A stretch of DNA of 32,000 nucleotides from Trichodesmium erythraeum IMS101. GTDB taxonomy: Bacteria > Cyanobacteriota > Cyanobacteriia > Cyanobacteriales > Microcoleaceae. The notes below the pieces were generated by a model, which was not told where the DNA came from, ran no database searches, and saw only the letters and a program-made list of their open reading frames with translations. This document shows positions 1 to 7,658 of the stretch, piece by piece (positions within the stretch are counted from its first letter, which is position 1; each line of letters begins with the position of its first letter). A program made the position numbers and the translations under genes. The stretch is taken from NCBI RefSeq assembly GCF_000014265.1, contig NC_008312.1:6120001-6152000 (forward strand). Reading direction: 5' to 3'.

Positions 1-620
1 AGCCATAAAAGATAATTTTCACTTTTCGAGTTCTGATCAAGGGAAATTTATGTAGGAATTTTTAAGCTAATTTCAGAGATTTTTGATTTTAATCCCACAC
101 TTTGAACCCCCATTGTGACAAATAAGTTAATTTGAAATAGACTACAACTCAGTGCTTTTTCTGCCCTTTTTACAGTACAAGTTGGATATTGAAGTGAAAT
201 TAGATTGGGACATTCTACAGAGGCCATGTTAATTTTATATATCAAGAACATTTATATTTTTAAGTTAACAAAAATTATAGTTTAAGGTCTCAAATCAAGG
301 ATTTTGAGCTCATATCATATATATAAATTATTTGATGTTATTTTAAATACAAAAAAGGAATTGACTATAAATTAAAAATTTATTTTTGCTAATCATTATT
401 TTTTCTAATAATATAGATCAGAAAATACAGCATCGGATAAGACAAATCATTTACCAGGTATGAATAGTAAAACTCTTGTAGTGTAGTTATTTTGCTTACT
501 AGGTGTATATTTCTGAGCAGGGGGAAGTTCTGTTTAAAATAGATTTGGAAGTAACAAGTTTTCAAGAATCCCAGAATACCCTAGAGTAATAATAGTTTTT
601 AAAGATAAAAGAAGGATTCT

Positions 621-1061
621 ATGGCACTATCTGTTGGCACTAAAGCACCTGAATTCACAGTAAAAGATACTAACGGCAAGACTGTTTCCTTATCTGATTT
701 TGCTGGTAAAACAGTGGTTATGTATTTTTACCCTAAAGATGATACCCCTGGTTGCACCAAGGAAGCTCAAAGTTTCCGAGACAACTACGCTGAATATCAA
801 GGTAAAGATATGGTTGTTCTTGGTGTAAGTATGGATGATGAAGCTTCTCACAAAGCTTTTACTGAGAAATATGGTTTACCATTCCAATTATTAGCAGATG
901 TTGATGGTGCTATCACTAAAGCTTATGATGTTGAGGGTGGTGGATATCCTAAGCGTGTTACTTATATTATTGACGCTGAAGGAAACATTTCTCACGTTGA
1001 TCAAAATGTGAAAACGGGTAGTCATGCCCAAGATATTTTAGAGGTCATTGGTAAAAAATAA
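621..1061 (+). CDS. bcp: Peroxiredoxin, BCP/PrxQ family (thiol peroxidase)
   Basis: 146-aa ORF with the AhpC/TSA active-site context YFYPKDDTPGCTKEA (peroxidatic Cys). A GAAGGA Shine-Dalgarno-like motif lies about 7 nt upstream of the ATG. There is no Cys at +5, so it is probably a 1-Cys or atypical subtype. Confidence 0.9.
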   Translation: MALSVGTKAPEFTVKDTNGKTVSLSDFAGKTVVMYFYPKDDTPGCTKEAQSFRDNYAEYQGKDMVVLGVSMDDEASHKAFTEKYGLPFQLLADVDGAITKAYDVEGGGYPKRVTYIIDAEGNISHVDQNVKTGSHAQDILEVIGKK

Positions 1062-1246
1062 TGTTGTCCTAATTAGGAATTGCTGATTAACTCTCAAGGT
1101 ATTAACTGATTTTGGCAAGTTTCTTTTTGTCTTGAAAAAAGTGCAAGTTTTTCAGTCTAGAAAACTGACGGATATTAGTACTTTGGGCTGACCATAGTAG
1201 AGGACGGCAAGGGGCAAATATATCTAATTAATTTCCATTTCGACTT

Positions 1247-1270
1247 AGGGACGTTGCATACAACGTCCCT
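1247..1270. repeat. Perfect 10-bp stem / CATA-loop hairpin (AGGGACGTTG-CATA-CAACGTCCCT), a small dispersed hairpin repeat type
   Basis: Read directly. It has the same architecture (AGGG..N6..CATA..N6..C[C/T]CT) as the hairpin at 7251-7274. No U-tract follows on either strand, so it is not a canonical terminator. Confidence 0.7.
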
Positions 1271-1336
1271 GTCTACTCCTGAGTTCTGAGTTATACGCGG
1301 ATCCATGTATGCTTTTTTAGCAAGCTCTGATTTTTT

Positions 1337-1640
1337 ATGAGTAGGATGGGCTTCAACTGTCGCACTGGATAAAAACGGTCAAATTTAGGTGACAAAATAG
1401 GAAGATGCTGTAGGTCACAATCAATTTTGATGATTATCGGTACCGCAAAAGGAGAAAGGTTAATGCAGCTTGATTTTAGTTGTGGTATTCATGAAAAAGT
1501 TTTTGCCCCTAATAAATAGTTTAGGAACAGTCGGAAAAATTGTTAGTGAGGTCTGAGATACTTTAATTGAATGGGAACCTCGTATTAATATTTTAGATGT
1601 TGATACTACTCAAGAGCCACAGAAACCTAAAGAAACCTAA
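1337..1640 (+). pseudogene. Decayed GPW/gp25-like baseplate protein gene (phage tail or contractile injection system relic)
   Basis: The frame starting at 1337 reads MSRMGFNCRTG*KRSNLGDKIGRCCRSQSILMIIGTAKGERLMQLDFSCGIHEKVFAPNK*. After a +1 shift it reads GTVGKIVSEV*DTLIEWEPRINILDVDTTQE. This matches the gp25 family pattern (QSI..IL.T..GER.m.P.FG..i...vF.P ... WEPRI.v..V). Disabling lesions: in-frame TAA at 1370, TAG at 1517 plus a frameshift, and TGA at 1554. Confidence 0.6.
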
Positions 1641-1725
1641 TTTCATTTCCATTCTGGTAAATTATCAAGTCTGTGCTGCGAATAATATTTTTAACTTAGT
1701 TTATCTTTTTTATTTACAGTAATTT

Positions 1726-2006
1726 ATGATGACTTCTTTATCTCCCAAAATTGACCAGGGCAGAAAAAAAGAAAAAAACAGAATTACATCTGTGTTGATT
1801 TTCAAAGAAAGTTTTTTAGACTGTGATCAAACCAAAGAAGCTATTGTGATGAGCTAAAACATGAATGTCTACTTATGTATTTTCATGGTATAGGTTTGAG
1901 GGCAATTGGAAGAGTTAAAGGTATAAGTATTCATAATAGTAAGTTTTCAGTAAGACCGTCGACTAAAAACCTACAAAAAAAGCTATCCTTAAAGGGGAAT
2001 ACTTGA
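1726..2006 (+). mobile_element. IS1-family transposase N-terminal (InsA-like Zn-finger/HTH) relic, frameshifted and truncated, with no DDE domain
   Basis: Frame 1 reads ..QGRKKEKNRITSVLIFKESFL..DQTKEAIVMS*. The shifted frame reads SYCDELKHECLLMYFHGIGLRAIGRVKGISIHN. This resembles the cyanobacterial IS1 InsA pattern (G.rkGKQnY.C..C...F ... YS.E.K..CL.MY..G.G.RAIeRv.GV). The Cys ligands are lost and no catalytic region follows before the gyrB 3' end. Confidence 0.5.
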
Positions 2007-2132
2007 GACCAAATTTTACTGTCAAAAGAATTTTATCTAGCTAAACTGCTATAGTGCTGATCACCATTCTAGAGTAAGCAAATGTTGAGTGACACCATCC
2101 AAAATCAACTCACATTTGCCAACCTTAAGGGA

Positions 2133-4808
2133 TTATATATCCAAATCAGTAATTTTCAATTTCGGCCCGTAAGTCTCAATAAACTCACGCCTCGGTGCCA
2201 CCCGATCGCCCATCAAAACTGTAAATATCCGATCCGCTTCTGCAGCATCTTCAATTTCCACCCGTTTCAAAGTCCGAGTTTCAGGGTTCATGGTTGTATC
2301 CCACAACTGAACTGGCATCATTTCACCCAAACCTTTAAATCTTTGGATAGTATAGTTAGCATTATCCGGAAACTCATTTTGAATCAGTTCATTAAGTTCA
2401 CGATCGCTATAACAATAATAATGATTTCGACCCCGTTCTACCTTGTACAATGGGGGGCAAGCAATATAGATATAACCCTGGTCTACTAAGGCCCGTTGGT
2501 ATCGATAGAAAAACGTTAACAATAAGGTGCGGATGTGGGAACCATCAACATCAGCGTCAGTCATAATAATTACCTTATGATACCGCAGTTGAGAAGCGTC
2601 AAATTCATCTCCTTTGATGCCCAAACCCAAAGCTGTAATCATTGATTGAATTTCATTATTTTTGTAGATTTTGGCATCATCGGTTTTTTCAATATTGATA
2701 ATTTTACCCCGCAACGGTAATATAGCTTGGAAACGGCGGTCGCGGCCTTGTTTTGCACTATTATGAACAAAAACTCCACTAGCTAAGGCAAAATTATGAG
2801 TATTGGGAACTTCAATATCATAAACATCTAACCGCTCCTCAAGGGGTTCAATAGAAACAACCCGATAATTATAGTGATCATTATAGTTAGGAATGATATC
2901 CCGCGCTAAAAATTCGTCCCTTTCAGAACAGCGATATGCCAACTCAAGATTTGTCTTATGGAATTCCAAGTGTTTCTCAGTTAGCAGCCCCTCAGTCTTG
3001 GTAGAATTGAGTTTCTTAAAGCCAACATGATAACAAGAGTCTCCATTTGCTGACTGATATACTCCTGCTTTTAAGTTATAAAAATCTGGCAATAAATGAG
3101 TATAAATCCAACTTTCTTTTTGAGGGCTCCAAACCATTTCATAACCATCTAATTCCTGGCTATTTTCTGTCTTTTGAGATGACTTTTGAGACAGGGGCAT
3201 TAAAGAATCATTTCCTGTTAATAAAGCTGCTGGTTTATAACTACCATCCCTGAGCATAAAAAGATGGTCTGGAGTACAAATTATAGTTTCATTATTATCC
3301 AAAATTATCTTAATAACTGAGGCATTTTTTTTGGTTATTCTAGCATTAATTATCCTTTCAATGGCAACATTTCCACTCTGATTAATTGTATAACAAAAAT
3401 GTTCTTTACCCTCAGCTTGTTCGGCTACTATTTCTGCAAAACTCAGTCTACGTCCATCAGCTAAAATAACTTTTTGATTCCCAGCAAAGCATCCAGAAGC
3501 ACTGTCACCTTCCACTAGGTATATCTCCGATTCTTCTGGGTTTTTTGTACTGCAGTCTGCTAGTTTTCCTGGTAATGGAGAAGATTCTAAAACAGATTTT
3601 CTCCGCACTAAATCCCTGGCTCTACGGGCTGCTTCTGCTGCTTTAAAAGCTTGAATTGCTTTATCTAAAACTGCATCAGCAACTTGAGGATTAAAATCTA
3701 AATATTCACTTAAAACCTCTCCGACCAAAGAATCAACAATACCCCTAACTTCAGTATTGCCTAACTTAGTTTTGGTTTGACCTTCAAATTCTGGTTCTGG
3801 AACTTTTACAGAAATAACTGCCGTCAAACCTTCCCGAACATTTTCACCACCTAAATTTGGATCACTATCTTTGAGCTTATTGCGCTTGCGAGCAATACCA
3901 TTCATTGTTCTAGTTAAAACTGTCTTTAACCCTTCCAAATGAGTACCACCATCGATAGTCCGAATATTGTTGGCAAAACCGAGAACATTATCACTAAAAG
4001 CATCTATGCACCATTGCAAAGCTACTTCTACTTGTACATCATTCTTTTCCCCTCGGACAAAAATCACTTCTTCATGGAGAGACTGTTTTTCCCGGTTCAT
4101 GTAGGTGACATATTCCTTAATACCACCCTCATAACAATAAGATTCTACTTTCGGTTCATCGCTTTTGACTAACTCCAGGCGGTTATCTGTAATTGTAATC
4201 TTGACACCTGCATTTAAATATGCTAGCTCTCGCAAACGACCAATTATGGTATTATAATCAAATTGTATGCCTGTAGTAAAAATTTCCTGATCTGGGAGAA
4301 ACTGTACTGATGTACCTGTGCGCTTTTCTTTGTTAGGTTTAGATTTTAAGTCTCCAGTAGGTTGGCCCCGTTCGTAACCTTGGATATGGGTTTTTTTATC
4401 ACGCCAGACTGTTACCTCTACCCACTCGGATAAGGCATTGACTACGGAAACCCCCACACCGTGTAGTCCCCCAGAAACTTTATACCCACCTCCACCAAAT
4501 TTACCTCCAGCATGGAGAACAGTCATTACTGTTTCTAAGGCTGACTTACCTGTTTTTGAATGGGTATCGACTGGAATACCTCGGCCATCATCCGTAACTT
4601 TGACAGAACCATCTTTGTTCAGGTCAACTTCTATGTGAGTACAATAACCGGCTAGGGCCTCATCGATGGAGTTGTCAACAACTTCATAGACTAGATGATG
4701 GAGTCCACGAGGCCCAGTGGTTCCGATGTACATTCCCGGTCGCTTGCGTACTGCTTCGAGACCTTCCAAAACTTGTATTTGTTCAGCACCGTAATTGTTG
4801 CTGGCCAT
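2133..4808 (-). CDS. gyrB: DNA gyrase subunit B, interrupted in frame by a 244-aa intein (exteins 439 + 208 aa)
   Basis: GHKL ATPase N-terminus ([24 protein letters not shown]). The Toprim motif EGDSA(S)G is split from [20 protein letters not shown] by the insert. The C-terminal tail is PRREFIE. The summed exteins, about 647 aa, are typical GyrB length. Confidence 0.97.
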   Translation of the reverse strand: MASNNYGAEQIQVLEGLEAVRKRPGMYIGTTGPRGLHHLVYEVVDNSIDEALAGYCTHIEVDLNKDGSVKVTDDGRGIPVDTHSKTGKSALETVMTVLHAGGKFGGGGYKVSGGLHGVGVSVVNALSEWVEVTVWRDKKTHIQGYERGQPTGDLKSKPNKEKRTGTSVQFLPDQEIFTTGIQFDYNTIIGRLRELAYLNAGVKITITDNRLELVKSDEPKVESYCYEGGIKEYVTYMNREKQSLHEEVIFVRGEKNDVQVEVALQWCIDAFSDNVLGFANNIRTIDGGTHLEGLKTVLTRTMNGIARKRNKLKDSDPNLGGENVREGLTAVISVKVPEPEFEGQTKTKLGNTEVRGIVDSLVGEVLSEYLDFNPQVADAVLDKAIQAFKAAEAARRARDLVRRKSVLESSPLPGKLADCSTKNPEESEIYLVEGDSASGCFAGNQKVILADGRRLSFAEIVAEQAEGKEHFCYTINQSGNVAIERIINARITKKNASVIKIILDNNETIICTPDHLFMLRDGSYKPAALLTGNDSLMPLSQKSSQKTENSQELDGYEMVWSPQKESWIYTHLLPDFYNLKAGVYQSANGDSCYHVGFKKLNSTKTEGLLTEKHLEFHKTNLELAYRCSERDEFLARDIIPNYNDHYNYRVVSIEPLEERLDVYDIEVPNTHNFALASGVFVHNSAKQGRDRRFQAILPLRGKIINIEKTDDAKIYKNNEIQSMITALGLGIKGDEFDASQLRYHKVIIMTDADVDGSHIRTLLLTFFYRYQRALVDQGYIYIACPPLYKVERGRNHYYCYSDRELNELIQNEFPDNANYTIQRFKGLGEMMPVQLWDTTMNPETRTLKRVEIEDAAEADRIFTVLMGDRVAPRREFIETYGPKLKITDLDI
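2760..3491 (-). mobile_element. GyrB intein (class 1, residues 440-683 of the ORF)
   Basis: Junctions are EGDSASG|[13 protein letters not shown]... and ...[12 protein letters not shown]|SAKQGRDR. Codons were checked: 3489-3491 = Cys and 2760-2762 = Asn. Block B is ICTPDH, with terminal His-Asn and a +1 Ser. From memory, the N- and C-terminal splicing regions strongly resemble the Synechocystis PCC 6803 GyrB intein. No LAGLIDADG motifs are visible. Confidence 0.92.
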
Positions 4809-4980
4809 ATCAATATATCTCCCAATAATGGCTTTAATACTAACTTTCGTTAATAAATGACTTTTTTCTCATAAATTATAGCATAATAGCCTTAAAAGCT
4901 ACTCTAGGCTATTTTCAGGATAAATTTATTTAGGGTATGCAGATACTATAGATTAATCGAAGTACGTCGTTTTATTTATG

Positions 4981-5048
4981 AATTTTTAATTTTTGATTTT
5001 AATTTTTGATTTTAATTTTTAATTTTTGATTTTTGATTTTTGATTTTT
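4981..5048. repeat. Tandem 6-7 nt repeat tract (AATTTTT/GATTTT[T])n, about 10 units, in the divergent gyrB-miaA intergenic region
   Basis: Read directly: aattttt aattttt gatttt aattttt gatttt aattttt aattttt gattttt gattttt gattttt. It is like the short tandem heptamer repeats (STRR-type) of filamentous cyanobacteria. Confidence 0.85.
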
Positions 5049-5182
5049 CCAATTTTAAAGTTTGTGTTTTGAAATACAGAATTTAGGTTTGAAAGGTATT
5101 TTCGGCAATTGTGATGTTTGGTAAAATTGAAACTAAAATAGAATACTATAGATAAGTTAATAATTTCTCTGAGTTTTGGCTT

Positions 5183-6112
5183 TTGACTTTAATTACTATT
5201 TGCGGTCCAACTGCTACAGGTAAGTCTGGATTGGCCTTAGATTTGGCCCATAGGTTGGGTTCAATAATTCTGAGTGCAGACTCCCGTCAGATATATAAAT
5301 ATTTTAACATTGGAACGGCAAAACCAACTATAAAAGAACAACAGTTAGTATCTCATTATTTAATAGATATCTGTGAACCTACAGAGATTTTGACTTTAGC
5401 AGAATACCAGAAACAGGCGCAAAGCTTTATTCAGTCTCCTGGTTCTCAAACTGATGTGGTATTGCCAACATTATTGGTGGGGGGTACTGGTTTATACATT
5501 AAGGCAATAGTTAAGGGTTTGAAAATTCCTAGGGTGGGGCCTAATGAAAAGTTGCGATCGCAATTAGCAAATTTAGGTCAAAAACAATGTTACAAAATGT
5601 TGCAGCAGGTTGATCAGGTTGCCGTTGAGAAAATTCACCCGAATGATGTGGTCCGAACTTTACGAGCATTGGAGGTATTTTATGTGAGTGGGAAACCAAT
5701 TTCTCAACAGCAGGGAGAAGACCTTCCAAATTATCCAATTTTGCAAATAGGGTTAGACTGTGATGTAGAAGTTTTGGGGGAACGTATTCGTGATCGGACT
5801 GAGAAAATGGTGGAAGTTGGGTTAGTGGAGGAAGTCAAGTGTTTGTGTGAAAAATATGGTGAGAAGTTGCCTTTATTAAATACTTTAGGTTATGCAGAAA
5901 TGAAACAATATTTGGCGGGAGATATTTCCTTGGCTGAAGCGATCAAAGCAACAGTTTTACATACTCGTCAGTTTGCCAAGCGACAACGCACTTGGTTTCG
6001 AGGATATCCAGAAATTGAATGGTTTGATGGGAATGCCCCAAATTTATTGGACAAGGTTTGGGAGCGGGTGAGGGAGTTTACTAGAATACTGGCAGAAAAG
6101 ACACAGGAGTGA
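5183..6112 (+). CDS. miaA: tRNA dimethylallyltransferase (tRNA delta2-isopentenylpyrophosphate transferase)
   Basis: 309-aa ORF with P-loop ICGPTATGKSGLA, SADSRQIY, then IDI..P....T..EY and VGGTGLY. The start is TTG at 5183; an in-frame stop at 5153 leaves no upstream ATG. Confidence 0.92.
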   Translation: MTLITICGPTATGKSGLALDLAHRLGSIILSADSRQIYKYFNIGTAKPTIKEQQLVSHYLIDICEPTEILTLAEYQKQAQSFIQSPGSQTDVVLPTLLVGGTGLYIKAIVKGLKIPRVGPNEKLRSQLANLGQKQCYKMLQQVDQVAVEKIHPNDVVRTLRALEVFYVSGKPISQQQGEDLPNYPILQIGLDCDVEVLGERIRDRTEKMVEVGLVEEVKCLCEKYGEKLPLLNTLGYAEMKQYLAGDISLAEAIKATVLHTRQFAKRQRTWFRGYPEIEWFDGNAPNLLDKVWERVREFTRILAEKTQE

Positions 6113-6201
6113 GGCACCTGAGTGCAGAAAGTCGGTTGTTAGACTGATATTACTTAGACTTCTTAATTTTACAGCAAATTCTAAGTATATAAAGTATAAA
6201 C

Positions 6202-6233
6202 ATTAACTATCAAAATAAATATTAACTATCAAA
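6202..6233. promoter_or_regulatory. Pair of 13-nt direct repeats (ATTAACTATCAAA, 19-nt period) about 140 nt upstream of the epimerase-like gene
   Basis: Copies at 6202-6214 and 6221-6233, read directly. Function is unknown; it may be a regulator binding site or just AT-rich repetition. Confidence 0.25.
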
Positions 6234-6369
6234 CCTTTCCAGTGCCGCCAGGATGACTGTTATTGCCTGACAAATAAGAATTCCTGATCAGCTAAATTTT
6301 TTCCAAAATGAACAGTTTTGTGGAAAATTATGTGAGATTTTAATATCAGTTGTTTTAGGTAATTTTTTT

Positions 6370-7230
6370 ATGGTTACTAGCCTTGTCAAAAATCAACCCT
6401 ACATTCTTTCTGATGAACCTACTCAGTCTCTAGTTGTTGTTTGCCCAGGAAGAGGGGGCATTGTCACTGAGTGGCGCACTCAAGACCAAAAAATATTTTA
6501 CATGGATAAGGAGCGTTTTGCTGACCCGGCTCTTTCGGTGCGCGGTGGTATTCCTCTATTATTCCCTATTTGCGGTAACTTACCTGAGGATACCTACACC
6601 CTAGACGGAGAAAGTTACAAACTTAAGCAACATGGTTTTGCTCGTAACCTCCCTTGGCAAGTTACACAACAGTCTGGGGAGAATGGCGCTAGTATTACTT
6701 TGGCTCTGTCCAGTAATGATCAAACTTGGGAGATATATCCATTTAATTTTGAGTTGAATTATACTTATATATTGCGGGGTAATACTCTAGAAATGCGATT
6801 TTCTCACACAAATTTATCTCAAAAACCTATGCCATTTTCTACAGGTATTCACCCTTATTTTGCTGTGAATGATAAGAGTCAATTAGAGTTTGATTTACCT
6901 TCAAATGAGTATCAGGTCAAAGGGGAACAAACTGTTAATACTTTTTCTGGAAAGTTTGATTTTAACTCTGAAGAAATTGATTGGGCGTTTATTAATTTGG
7001 CAAAACAGTCAGCTGTAGTTACTGATAAAAGTCGCAATTTAAAGTTGACTATTAATTATGATAGTAATTACTCGACTTTAGTTTTTTGGACTCTAAAAGG
7101 TAAGGATTTTTATTGTTTAGAACCTTGGACTGGTCCTCGGAATGCGATGAATACTGGTGAACATTTATTAATTGCTGAACCTGGTAGAACTGTGGAAACA
7201 GTAATTAGTATGACAGCAGAATTGGGTTAG
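6370..7230 (+). CDS. Aldose 1-epimerase family protein (galactose mutarotase-like fold)
   Basis: 286-aa ORF with RGGIPLLFP, KQHGFARNLPW, GIHPYF and CLEPWTGP. These are typical of the aldose-1-epimerase / YeaD-like family. Confidence 0.8.
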   Translation: MVTSLVKNQPYILSDEPTQSLVVVCPGRGGIVTEWRTQDQKIFYMDKERFADPALSVRGGIPLLFPICGNLPEDTYTLDGESYKLKQHGFARNLPWQVTQQSGENGASITLALSSNDQTWEIYPFNFELNYTYILRGNTLEMRFSHTNLSQKPMPFSTGIHPYFAVNDKSQLEFDLPSNEYQVKGEQTVNTFSGKFDFNSEEIDWAFINLAKQSAVVTDKSRNLKLTINYDSNYSTLVFWTLKGKDFYCLEPWTGPRNAMNTGEHLLIAEPGRTVETVISMTAELG

Positions 7231-7250
7231 TTGAAAACTTAACTTTTTTT

Positions 7251-7274
7251 AGGGGCAATTCATAAATTGCCTCT
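7251..7274. repeat. 10-bp stem / CATA-loop hairpin (AGGGGCAATT-CATA-AATTGCCTCT), the same architecture as 1247-1270
   Basis: Read directly, with one G-T wobble in the stem. It lies 21 nt after the epimerase stop codon and no U-tract follows. Confidence 0.65.
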
Positions 7275-7658
7275 ACTTACCAAAGCGAAATATGACTGTA
7301 AAATTATTATCTGATCAAGTTTGCTAAATTCGGTGAAAAATTACTGTTTCCACAAGATTTTATTTTCAGCAAAGATGCATTTTTTTTTTAAGTTCTCTTT
7401 CCTCCTAATTCCTAATTCCAGTTTTCTTCATTCCGCTCTTCCTCATTGACTGCAATTTGCGTGGATGGTGAGGCACAGTAGAAAGTTAATTTCTCTTATC
7501 TATTTAAGAAAAAGTTATCAAACTTTGTACCTCACGCGCCTCCGAAACTACTCTAAGTTTTATTGTGTAATTCCTATTAGACTTCTGATGATCATTAATC
7601 TCAAAGTCTTGAAATTATTGGGTAAAAATTTGGTTTCCGCAGACGTATATTAAGTAAA

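Noticed and set aside
48-251. 67-aa minus-strand ORF at the window start. The same reasoning covers 12709-12915, 13929-14111, 15636-15830, 31676-31882, 7465-7653, 5541-5738, 10209-10418, 19435-19620, 19728-19934 and 23742-23972.
   Set aside because: These are short AT-rich or antisense ORFs with hydrophobic or low-complexity translations. None has an RBS or motif, and several overlap well-supported genes.
2760-3491. LAGLIDADG homing endonuclease within the intein
   Set aside because: No LAGLIDADG-like dodecapeptide motifs are visible in the 244 aa, and the size is too small for a full DOD domain.
2082-4638. Plus-strand ORFs 2082-2489, 3047-3253, 3939-4172 and 4438-4638
   Set aside because: All lie antisense within gyrB or its intein, have low-complexity or unnatural composition, and are too well explained by the strongly supported minus-strand gene.
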